From contig JALMLS010000255.1 in NCBI GenBank assembly GCA_038496445.1, positions 372,001-436,000 of the forward strand: a stretch of DNA of 64,000 bases, read 5' to 3'. The notes beneath the pieces were generated by a model that ran no database searches, had not been told where the DNA came from, and worked only from the letters and a program-made list of their open reading frames with translations. The position numbers and the translations under genes were made by a program. Positions 1-11,600 of the stretch are shown in pieces (within the stretch, counting starts at the first letter, position 1; each line of letters starts with the position of its first letter). This stretch comes from Trichosphaerium sp. ATCC 40318 (Eukaryota; Protista; Tubulinea).

Positions 1-958
1 TATACGGTTATGTTTGACAGAGAACAGGGTTACCCCCAAGTATCATACCAAACGTATTACCCAACGTGTGTCGGCACTGAGTAGTGTATTCAATTGTTAT
101 CTAAAATGTTATTGTGCAAGTGTAGGGAAAGGAGCAATTCAGTACTTGGTTTCACTTGCTTGCTTGTAGCTTGTTGTGAAACTTATGCCTGTAATTTCAA
201 AAGAGTAACGGTTGGTATGCGGCCACTATATAAGAGCTTCAGTATTTTTCAGTAGAACTTCTTTCAATCACCTAGCGGTGGACTTTTAGAACTTAATCAC
301 TTCTGAAGTTTCGAGTTTCCCCGTGCCTACTGCAGAGGTGAGGGTGCTTGGTTGGGGAAGGAAAATGTTTAATACTGCTGTGAGTAAACATCCAATGCCA
401 AAACGACTCTTTGAATTTACCAGGTATAGTCAAGTATTGACTGCAACTTTCTCTATTTTAACAGTACAGTCCATCAAAGTAGATGGTGTCCTGATCACTT
501 AACCACACCAAACATTTGTTTTGGTGCTAGTCCAAGTGTCAAGCCTTAGTGAGCTCCATTCTTAAGAATGTCAATCCCACTGTAGATAAATAAAATAACA
601 GTTTTTTATCTTTAACCACTTTGTTCATTTACCTTCCTTTTTGTCGTCCTTAAAATAGCACTGTTGTTTTAGTTGTACATCCTCATCATACCAGGTAAGA
701 ATACTTGCCGGTTTTCTAACCATCCTTATACAAACACTGTTCCTTGTATTGGGTGCTTGCACACTCTTTAGTCTCCGTTTTTTCACCATCAACACACCTA
801 GTTTGTATATACAACATATCTCATATTCCATTTATCTTGCCTTCTGTGTTAGTGCATTCGAAACAATCTCCATTCACCCTTTGTACATACACTGTGCTAC
901 AAGTTGTCCGTTCACCCAATTTTACCTTAAAAACGTATTTAAAACAACACTATACTAG
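1..958 (-). repeat. Island module shared in inverted orientation with 28770-29510 and 58900-59766; includes a decayed MORN-variant fragment (625-900)
   Basis: Reverse complement of 1-160 matches 59600-59766 and reverse complement of 900-955 matches 28770-28830. ORF 625-831 (TWYDEDVQLKQQCYFKDDKKEGK) resembles the repeats of the intact gene at 49625-51247. Confidence 0.9.
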
Positions 959-993
959 CGATGTTCCAAACCAATAGAATACCGATTCTATTG
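955..993 (-). mobile_element. Helitron-like 3' terminus (hairpin, 13 nt spacer, CTAG followed by T)
   Basis: Perfect 9-bp stem CAATAGAAT-accg-ATTCTATTG at 972-993. On the minus strand it is followed by 13 nt and then CTAG|T at 958-954, where similarity to the island copy at 28770 ends. Confidence 0.4.
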
Positions 994-1519
994 CCAAAAC
1001 GTAAAAAGTTGCAAATAGTCGACTCTGATTCGGTTTTCAGAGAAGAGTGACTGTTTCAACTGAAAGTAGTTGGCTTTTTTTTTAATCACCAAGTGCTTTT
1101 TTCATCAAACTCATATGTTTTAAAATGCATAGTTCTATACATAGAGTGGTTGAAAGCCTTATATTGCAACAGTGTCCTACGCTCTAGTAGGACTAGTGTC
1201 GGTATTGGAAGGAAGCGGCTTAAACAATACGACGAATGGTTTAAGCCCTTTTTTCCTTGATGTTAACAACACTTCCACTTGGTTTTTCTTTGGTATACCC
1301 GCCCTCTCACACCTATACAAATGCGCCATCAAACAGTGGAATCATCGTCAATCAACACTAAGTCGTGGTTGGCCTAACCGACACTTTTGTGCTGTTTTGT
1401 ATCACCACAAAAGTGAGAAGAATTTTTTCAAGAATAAACCAAGAAATTTTTTACGAATTTGAAAGTTGTTCATTAAAAATGATCAGAGTAATAAAAATAG
1501 TCAAAAATGCAAGTTCAGG

Positions 1520-4500
1520 GTGAACATAAGCGATTTACACCAATTTCGCTAGCTTTTCTAGGCTTTCGCCTCTTTTTTTGTGTTTTGGACACCTAAAGCA
1601 CGTATACAATTGTTTTACGCGTATAAATCTCTCTTTAGAGTGTTTTGGGCCTTGGTTGGCAAAATTATCTGTTTTTAGCATTAAAAGCTTCTTGTCCTCA
1701 GTCCAGGTGTGGTAACGGCATATATGGTATGATTAATACGTTCTACAAGCGTTAGACATCACCAGAGCGTGTTCAAAGCAGATATTGAACAACGTTCCTG
1801 TTTAGGCAATACTACTTAAAAGTAAAACTCGGCATTTTTGAAAGTAATTTATTGTGCGCGCACACAGTAGTTATACACTTTCATACTTTTCACACTTGAT
1901 ATATGGCGTTAAAAAAAGCGTTTACGCCTAGGTCAAATGCGTAAATAGCTCTAGGAAGATTTTTGTAAGTAGTCCTAATTAGGAAGTATATTCTGAGCCT
2001 ACCTACTTTTAATGCTGTAGGTGTTATATCTAGTAGAATACAATTTGTTGCATACATTAGTATGGATGAAAACATGTGTGGTTCCTCAGACTCCAAATTC
2101 TGGTGAACAGTCGAGTTCAGAAGAAAATGGAATTTACAAATTACGCAAGCCTGATGGCTGCACAGACTTGAAACCCTTCTTAGCATGTGTATAGTAGCTT
2201 TAATATGAGTTAGAGTCGTTTAATAGGTTGTACACGCTTGCCCTAAATCGGTATTGGGGAACAATTGGCTGCAATATTAGCACAGCAAACCAACGTTTTA
2301 CACGTTTTCCGAGTGATAAACGTCGTTTAAAGGTACATTGAACATACGCGTTCTAGTACCATAAACTTTGTTTTAGCTCATAGCGCATAAATTTAATTGC
2401 AAGAACTATTATGGCTTTTACAGGCTTGAATCATCTGTTTATTCTCAATGAAGCTCGTTAGTGCTTTTTTAGTTTAGCCTTAAAAAAACACGTAAAAAAG
2501 TAAGTAGGTTATTTCACACTTGGAAGTTAACAATAGAGCCATTCGTTGTAGAATTATATTTACACATAATAAAGCATTGATGAGAGGTGTCAGCCACTTA
2601 CAAAAATAGAGCACTAGATGATTCTGAATCAAAAGCAAGATAATTAGTAACTTTTCAAATTCGGCCTTTTCGGACAGCAGTGTAAATGACAGTGAATGCT
2701 CTATTTACGCGCAAAAAGTGTACTACAATCATAGTTGAGGTTTTTTAAGTCCCAGTTAAACAAACATGTTTCCTGAGACTTCAAAAGCGATCAAATACCC
2801 TGTTTACGCGTAAACAGTTTAAAGTAAGCATCCTATCGATACTAGTGCCAATAGAGTTCAAGCGTTTATGCACCTTCACGTTCACGAAAAAGCTTACAAT
2901 TGACAGGAAGTACAATTTCTGAGCGTAAACTTCAAATCTATGGCGACAACTTTTGTTTTGTAGAGCGGCTACACAAAACGTCATTCTCTTCTGGTTTTCA
3001 GAAATTATGTCTTTGTACCCTTTTATACTTTGTTTACGTATCAGCTTCTATTTTGTTTAGCCAGTTACGTTTGAAAAGTATGTTTGTTGACGAACTTTGC
3101 ATTCGTTTAAAAAAAAACATCGTTGGTTAAGACTCTTTTAATCACTTGTGTGTACCAATGGTTTAAATCATCAAGACCTTTTTTTTGCTACTCAGCTTTC
3201 GGGCATCTAAAAGTTGGGAGAAAGAGGGAACCAAAAAACACAGCTACGCAACAACTTAAAACTGTTTAGCACGCTGAAAACAGTCCACAAAGCCAAAAAA
3301 GGGAAATCAGAATGCGTATTAAAAAAAACTATTTACTACGCAAACTCCGGACTCATAAAAACTCAAATGTGCCTCAATTGTACATTAAAGCCATTGCGAT
3401 GGATGCACGGTCTCATAGTGTTAAGTCACTTTCCATATTGATTTTAACGACTTACCATCATAAACCGTTTAATCTGCAAGTGATGGAACAACACGGGAGT
3501 GACATGTTGTCGACACTGCCAGACGAGTTGCTGTTATTCCTGCTTTCGTTTTTAGACATCATTGGGTCTCTTGCCTTTACGTGCAAGAGGCTAAGAGCCG
3601 TGGCCAGGTGCTACAGTACGACCAGAACGCACAGTTGCAAGGTTTGCTCACTAATTTAGACCGTTCCATCGCAATGATGACCGGTATTCTGGATTACCCA
3701 GTACTACACTGGGCTGTAGGTACGTGGCGCATACCCACAAATCGTTTTTGAAGCTCCTAACTTTTTGTAAAGACGTTTTACACATGGCAGAGGTTAGCCA
3801 AGATAACCTCCTATGCATGTTGGAGAACATGTTCTGTGCCACAACGGCACAACCCAAAGATTGCTGGTTTGTTTGGCAAAGCACTCGCTTCATTTCTCGG
3901 AAGCTCATTCATTTGCGGTGCTTTATCCCAGGTGAACATTTCCCAGGCACGACTCTTTGTTTTGTTTTGTTTTTTTTTTGATTTTCGAAAACCGATTTTT
4001 ACGATCGTTTTTTTTTTTTTTTTGTTTTTTTTTTTTTTGAGTAGTTGTATTCAAGGAATAATATTTTGCGTAGGCAATCGGTATTCAATCGCTACGTACA
4101 TCAAAATGTACAACGAAAGGTGTAAAATAGAGCGCGCCCGCGCGTTGTCACTCATGTATCTGGTTGAAAGACAAGGATTCCTTGTTTCATCAAGCGTAAT
4201 GAACATGTGCACTATTGGCCCAATAGTATTGTACAGGACGAATGTGGTCCTTGGAGACCTATATGAGGCGTTAGTCGAGCTTGATAACCACATGTTTGAG
4301 CAATCATACAATTGCTTTGAGGGTTTTTTTTTTAGAGTTGGTGAAACGTACACGTTGGGCGCTCTTGTACATGCTGATTACATCGTTGCAATCATGGACA
4401 TGAATTATTATCAAGAATATCTATGGGAAAACCGCCGATACCCATCTGAGATAGTTTCAAGACGTCAATTTGAGGAGACACTTTTGGTAAAATTTAAAAG

Positions 4501-4560
4501 ATACCGGCCAGGTCGAGAAAAAAAAGACTGAAAAATAAAAGATATTTAAGTTCTGTTTCT
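1520..4560 (+). repeat. ~3 kb near-identical direct repeat of 44915-47920, containing an F-box-like gene
   Basis: Line-by-line match, e.g. ORFs 1890-2186 and 45278-45574 differ at one residue; 3836-4531 and 47203-47895 are nearly identical. Confidence 0.97.
3482..4531 (+). pseudogene. F-box-like protein, copy A (2 introns; 1-nt frameshift near 3641)
   Basis: N-terminus MLSTLPDELLLFLLSFLD...LAFTCKRLRAVA fits an F-box pattern. Introns are at ~3720-3772 and ~3947-4073. It lacks one nucleotide relative to copy B (aaggtttgctc vs aaagatttgctc). Confidence 0.65.
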
Positions 4561-5074
4561 TTGCTTGTTTTTCAAATTCAAACAGCCACTTCTCTCTTAT
4601 TCTTGGTTGCTTTTATGTTGCCTCCGCACCCTCCACTAATTGCATCTTTTCATCTTGACTTTGTATATACGGTGTCTTAGAATATTCTTTAAAAAACCGT
4701 ACAACGTAAGCAGGTTTTGCCTGCGGATACTTTGATCGCAAGTATTTATTATGACGTCCTGCTAGGCAGGTGCTTCCTTTCCAAAGCGGTAAGTGATCAT
4801 CGGTACGGTGAGCACATAAGTTCGATTAGCCCTCGGCGCCTCGTGGTTATCCGCGTATGTTGATCGTCGTCTTTGCTGACGCAGACGACTGTATGATTGA
4901 AGCATATTCTCTGTAATCTCACCAAATTCGTAGCCTATCTAGCTAGGTTCCTAGGATGAGATCTAGGATGTATAAATATAATGACATTGAGAAGAGTATC
5001 TCTTATCTCGCGTTCAACGTTTAAGTGGTTTTTACGTGCTCCAAACGAAATATATCATGTTGTTTACCTTGTTG

Positions 5075-5243
5075 TCCACTTTGCTTTTTTTACGAGGATT
5101 TTTTTCTTTGGTTGTCTTCCTTGCTGATTTTCTCGCTGGTTTATGTCCTGTCTTACGTGCAGGCGCTTTCTTCTTTGAGCGTGTGGCGCTTTGTCGTTTT
5201 CTTTGCTTCATACTCTGACGGCTCTTCAAAGCTATGCTCCAGG
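5075..5243 (-). pseudogene. Captured, frameshifted fragment of the Lys-rich exon of the H1-VWA gene (42985-43165)
   Basis: Reverse complement aligns with 42985-43165 (gaagagccgtcagag...aaaccagcgagaaaatcagcaaggaagaca...cctcgtaaaaaaag) with small indels. Confidence 0.9.
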
Positions 5244-5496
5244 ATACTGTTATGGACTCTAATTCCAAGTGGTAATGAGCAGTACTTCTGAGAATGCTGA
5301 GTTGTCAGCGCTACCTTAGTCACGTGATCTATTCGGTAATCTAAAGAAAATCGAGCATGCTCAAAACTGCTTGGCGTTGACTTCATAACGTATGAATACA
5401 TCAAAGCAGTTTTTACACTGTTTGATGCCGTCGCAAGTAAAACAACATTTGGGTCCAAAACAGAGATAGCCAACACTGGGGGTAATGAATCCACGA

Positions 5497-5850
5497 GCGA
5501 ACTTGCTTTAAGACAGTGGCTTGTATATTATTAAGTCAGTTTCTCGAAACTTGGCAAGTATGAGAGCTGCTTTACTTCTTGCGCGTATGTGTACAAAATT
5601 ATGATACATACTATTAACTGTTCGTAGTTTTTGTTTCATGTGCGCCACCAGCTGTAAGCGCAGTCAAAAATGTTGTACTTATTGTATCTGTTGCGACCAC
5701 GTAGAAGAAATCTTAGGTTACAAAAAACAGAGTACCTTTTTCAGTCCAAAGTCCATGCTGTAAATATCAACAAACATATTTCTGCGGTAAACAGCAGTGC
5801 TAATACGTTTTTTTTCCATATTGAAATTAATCAACATACAATTTGGATCT
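5497..5850 (+). repeat. Island module found split in island B (26823-27019 direct, 28480-28637 inverted)
   Basis: cgaacttgctttaagacagtggcttgta...cgaccacgt matches 26824-27019. The continuation agaagaaatctta...tttggatctg matches the reverse complement of 28480-28625. Confidence 0.9.
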
Positions 5851-6994
5851 GCGTAGAAACTAACAGAACTTGCAAGATCTATCATACTAAACTCAAAAAC
5901 CAAAAGTCACACTAGTATTAAAAAAGTTGCAAACTTGAACGAAACAAACAATACAAGGTAAGCTCCGCCAGCTTTGTAATAGTAAACGTCAATAAACATA
6001 TCTAAGTCTTAATTGCCCTTCAACACCAAGAACATGTGACAAAGCACTTTGAGAACCCTGACAAGATGGTGCAACATTATGCAATTGGTATCACCTACAT
6101 ATAGAGTAATTCTCAATGCTAATAAACACAATGAGGTTCACAAATCTGAAAAAAATTGAGTTTTCTACGCAACTGAAAAAAAATGTGAAATACACAAAAA
6201 CGGTTTTCTGAACAACTCAATCAAAGGTACTCGGATAATGTATATTGCGTATTTTAAACTATGGATGGTTCTAATACGGTTTTACAAACCAAGCATCATA
6301 CCACTTTTTTTTTTTTTGGACTTAAAAACTGAATGGATTGTCGTTTCTATTGGGGAGCGGCTACTAAACAAACACAGCCCTGCGCACGAAACCTTGAAAC
6401 ATACTATGTTTAAATTCAATAAAAAGAAAAAAACAAAGTCAAGGCTGTAAGTGGTAGGACTGTGTGGCCATGGATACGTGATTCTTCGAATTTCAATGCA
6501 GGTGTTATTGTCACCAAGACTGAAAACGTTAATCCGTTTCAATGTTTCTCGAGGAAGAGTACAGCAACGAGGTAGTCTTAAAAGTGCCCTGGGCATCAAG
6601 ACGACAAAATGAAAGACCTCTCCTTCCTCTTGGCCAATCACTAAATCTTTCCAAAAGTGGACTGCGGGACTCCCAATCTGCGGTTCCAAATACCCACATC
6701 AAGCTTGCGTGGCCTGACACGCCTAGTGTGAACTCACTTTAGGTATAAACCCAGCGCAAGACAAAAATACACGTGCCGCGATCTCCCCCTTTTTGTTAAT
6801 TGTTGCCGAACCAAAACAACATACCAAGCAAATACACTTTTCTTATACAATTGATTGATTACAGAAAGAGCAAGCCTAAACAATTGAAGGTTCAAACCTC
6901 ACGTGAATAATTAAAAATAGGTGCATTTGTTATACAAGATTAACATTACAACAAACAGAGTATTTTTATTATGGCTTATGCCTTATTTTTAAAA

Positions 6995-7946
6995 CTATTT
7001 TGGCAACTTCTCCATCTTCCACAAGCCATCTATTAGGTCATGAGTATATTATGTGTACTATTTTTTATCATACCTCCCACATAGTGTAAATTTCCAACCC
7101 CATTACCACCTGTTGCAACCTTTCTGAAGTAGATGTGAGTAATTACAACACAAAAAAACGGGAAGAAAGAGTTGACATTCGTACATTTCTTCACAGGACA
7201 ATAGAGCATCACCAATAGCGATAGCATGCTGTTTTCCCTCTGCTGTTATGGACAAAGGAGCTCCTTTATCAAAAGGATAATCAAGCCTCCCACCGGCTGA
7301 GGTTAAACCAGGACAAAATATATCAGCTCCCTTTATTTCATCAAGTTAGCAACCAAGTAATTCACCAAAATAATTCTGGGTTTTTTCTCACTTGTAGTAC
7401 GAATCTAATAGCACCTTTATCTACACGTGCGTTCGTAAGGATGATTGGATCTAAGGTGATGTAAGATTGAAACAAAGGAAAGAGCGTTTAACACGCGAAA
7501 AAACGTGCATTTGTGTAAAAACTTCAAAGTAGGGTATAACTTCTTGTTTTCTGGTCTACATTGCGTGTAAATATCTAATCTTTTGGTTTTAGCGTACTTG
7601 AAGAAAATGATTTCATCGTTTACACAAATGAGTGTGATGTCATTTTGGCTAATAATAAACGCGTAAGAGATGGTTTAGAAAGAGTTCCGTTGTTCATGAA
7701 AAATAACTGTTCAAAAAATAACAAAAAGTGTCTATTACCATGTTGCGATCGTTACTGTGGCGTCAGAAGGAAATACTTTTGTCAAATGAGGTACTAAAGC
7801 AGCATGTTGGGTTTTTATTGCGTCAATGAGTTCATTTCCCTCGGTAGTGGACGCTGAATGCTTTTCTGTAATAAAACTCTTATCAAACCTACAAACGTTA
7901 ATAAAACAACTCAAATTACGTGTAAATACTTTTTGAAAAGAGCCAT
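6995..7946 (-). CDS. MCTS1: MCT-1/Tma20 PUA-domain translation re-initiation factor (multi-exon)
   Basis: Spliced translation MALFKKFD...[44 protein letters not shown]...HYVGDGLWKME is the MCTS1 signature. Confidence 0.9.
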
Positions 7947-8653
7947 AACGTTCTAGAACGAACTAACACTTGTTAAAAGCTAAAGGAAGACGATTTGACT
8001 CAATTTTGACTTTTAGTACTTTCTTTCTCATCTTAATGTATCATACTTACCATTGTGCCACACACGCGTAAGCAAGGATACATTAACCTTCTCAGTCAAA
8101 GTTACAAATTTTGTCGGGTTTTTTGATTGATTACTACCTCAATCATATTGTAAGGTACCGTCCAAAACGCTTAGAATGTAGGCAAGAGCTTTACCACTAC
8201 TAAAGGAGCAATAAATGTTGTACCACTTTTTTTTTATTTGGTTGTTGCAAGTGTTTAAATATCGTCTCTTGCTGTTGTAGAATCCAAGGGATAACATCAG
8301 TGTCGGCGGTAGTCGTCTGGAGGGCCTTGGATTTGCGTGCATAAACTAGTCTGGCGGGAAGGCGCGAGCGCAGGAATCCATTTGTTTACCACCTTTCGAT
8401 GAACGTCCACCCTTGCTGGTTAGCATACGGCAGTATCACCACCTTGTCCTTCGCGGTGATGCTGCTAGCTTTGGGAGCAGTTGCATTGTATATGGCCACA
8501 TACTCATCCCCTAATATTTTTGCATTGTCAATCGTTGATTGATCAAAAATCAAGATTGATCAAAAGCAACCAAGTCTTTTATATTCTTGACGAAATAAAA
8601 GAAAATGAAGTGAAAAAATGTCAATGCTTTTTTGTAAATATGATTTTATTACA

Positions 8654-11600
8654 TTACATCAAGGATTCAAAGTGGTCAACCCAGACTCTACAAGTCTTTT
8701 CATCACGTGCACCTGTTACAAAAAAAATGAGTTAATCAAGGTACGTACAAAACAAAGAACATACCTATCGTCCATGTACCGTCATCCATCGTCAAAATAA
8801 ACTTATTTGATTTTTGAGCGACTTGGACGTCTTTGATTGATGTCAGTTCGATTGTATCCAAGTATCCAAAATGTGGCCTTCCAGATGTCCTTGCTGCACT
8901 GAATTCTTCGACGTATACAAAGACATCATTAAACAAGAAACCATAAGGTCTTTTTTTTCCTGAAATGCGTTCCCATTTTTTTCTTTCTTTTTTGACGTCT
9001 TTGTTCACTTTGATCTTAACAACATTCAAGGCACCTTCGTTAACAAGGTGCCGTGTTGGCTTGATTAGGTTTTCTTCATGTTGGATAGATTCAGCTATTT
9101 CTAGAAGCTGTTTCGTCCGTTCTGTTTGGTTCATGTCAATGCCATGATTTAGTTTATCAAGCAACCCTTCAATCACTGTTATCGCTTCTGACAGAGAAGC
9201 AAATTCGTTTTCTGTATTCTTTGTATATTTCCTCATATTTTTAAGGAGCAATACATACTAAAAAAGAAAAAAAAGAGTAAGACCAAACCAAAAAAAACAG
9301 ATAAAACAAAAAAAAAAAAATAGAACATCCAAGTCTTCATTGCCAGGGCATCCACTTTTGAAAAAAAACGATTTTTCCAGAAAGAGGTAATAAGAGGAAC
9401 AAGGAGTTCACATATTTTGAGGGTAGTCGAGGTGTTTCAAAAAAAATAAAACTAAAAAAAGAGAATCTATCCCGTACCCTTGGTACACGCTGAAGTGGCA
9501 TGACGAGAAGACTCTCGATTTTAAGCATTGTAGTCTTCATCTGTTCATCCTCAAATCTATCTATGATAGACTTGAAACTTTGATACTTCTTCTTCAAATA
9601 ATGCATAGACATGCACGCTGAATTATAGTTCATAATATAAGGAAAGTAATCCTCAAAGAACTTTGTTTCTTTCATAAAAACATCACTTATTTGTGATTGA
9701 GTATTCCAGTGCATAACACGCTGTTGTACTATGGTATAAAACTTTGTATGGTGCTTAACAAGAAGCTGCAAGTTTCCAAATACACCATAAGTCTCTTCTT
9801 CTGTAAGTATCTTTGCGTCAGTACAAGCATTCATTACATCCTACAGAAAAAAAAAAGCGTCAATAAAATCAATCAACAATTGGCATTGATCAAATTCAAC
9901 TGAAGCATGGCATGACGTACATTCTGAAGTATACATAGACTATTTAAGTACGACTTTTCAGTAGTCAATAGCTCATTAGCAATATGAAGTCTCATTTGTC
10001 CCATCGCTTTATCAACAGCAGAGATACGTAAAGTACCAAATCCAGATTTACTCTTTCCCAAACCAGGAGAGCTCTCAGCTCTAGAGCAACAGTTATATTT
10101 CATCAAACAAATCAAAGCAACACGGTTAAATAAAAAACATCCACGTACAAACGTTGTCTCCTCCTCTGCGAAGGTATAGTACCATCCTCAGATCTCACCT
10201 TAACTAGACGAAGTGTCACGTGCGTATGAGCACGTGTATGTCTCCTAACGATACTATCAGACGTTGTAGGTCTATCAGTGTTTAAACCACGATGAACAGG
10301 TTGATTATTCTCAGCTACTGACTGTATATCAGTCATTGAACGAGAACCAATAGCCAAGTTCAGTTTAGGCACAGAACTGTTATTAGTATCCTTTATAATC
10401 TTCCCAACTGTAGCTTCTTTAGCACCATCCAAATCCACCTTGCTTTGTATTTTTTTAACACTGTCTGACTTAACTTCTTGTTGTTCAGATCCATTTGAGC
10501 GATGACTGTCTTGAGCTACTACAGCAGCTTCTTTCTTTATGTTCTTTGCAGTTAGCTTCACTTTATTCTTGTGCTCAATAGATTGTTTCTTTGCTTCTTT
10601 ACTTATTCCTCTAGATACCTTTGAAGCTAGTTTTCTTTGTATCTTAAAATCAGGAGAAGATAATGTCTTTTTAAACTTTGATTTAGCCAAACTTCCTTGA
10701 GTCTTCAAACGTTGTCGAAGAGAAACATTCTCTGCTTTAACACGTCCTTCTGAATCTACTGTACCAGTAGATACAATGGAGTCTGAATCAAGCTCTGTAT
10801 CGGTCTATGATGTTGTAAGTAGTCTGTAGCTTTGGATAATATACCTTTCTTGTTTTGGTACTATCTGTTTCTGTAAGGTTGGATTTGGAAGACGATCTGC
10901 TGTTTGATTTTCTTAGTTCACTGTGAACAGCATCCTTAAAACTCTTTCTTGAGCGCGGTTTTATAGGTGAAGCATCTATACGTTTAGTACTAGCAGCTTC
11001 AACAGACTTTGAACGCTTATGTTTACCTGTAAAACAAAAATCAGACAAACCTTGAAAAGAAAAAGCAAAAAAGAAAGTATTCATTCATACCGCGTCTTCC
11101 TGACTTGCGCCCTGAGCCATCTCTTGGTGAATTCTCTGGGGATAATGTAACAGAAGTAGCAGATGATTCTCTACTCTTTGAAGAAACAACAGAATCCTCA
11201 GAAGGTTTCTTTTCAATAAAAGCTTTTTTCCTCTTGCTTTCTCTTCGTTTAATCTTTCCTTTCTCAGATGTCACACCACCACTCTTACGCCTTTCTCGTT
11301 TCTTCTTTCTCTTGGCTGAAGGAGATTCATCACCTCCTTTCGCATGATCTTCCTTCTTCTTATTCTTTTCCTTATGGTGATGACTCTTCGATTTCTTTTG
11401 CTTCTTTGTGATCTTTATTGATCCTGATTCAGCGCTGGAACGTCTAGTACGTTTCGGTGGCTTTGCTTCGCTCTTAGACGCTATGGAAGATTGTTTGGCT
11501 CCCCATGATACTCTCTTTGACCGCTAGGAAATTTTAAGCGCGTGGTAAAGACTCATTATTGTAAGAGACGCACATCCTTTGGAGCTTTAGTGACTTCATG

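Noticed and set aside
3642-3659. 18-nt GT-AG mini-intron rescuing F-box copy A
   Set aside because: Removing it gives an in-frame TGA five codons later; comparison with copy B shows a 1-nt deletion instead.
6152-6159. Mimivirus early promoter motif AAAATTGA
   Set aside because: Expected by chance in AT-rich DNA, and no exact copy lies upstream of the MORN genes.
6282-6742. Overlapping ORFs of 63-135 aa
   Set aside because: No recognisable motif, and I could not build a consistent spliced model.
8300-8520. Identification as U4 snRNA, RNase P RNA or SRP RNA
   Set aside because: Only partial word matches (GGCAGTATC, GGGAAGG, AGCAG); the K-turn, P4 partner and helix-8 elements are not found. 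Kept only as an unclassified ncRNA candidate.
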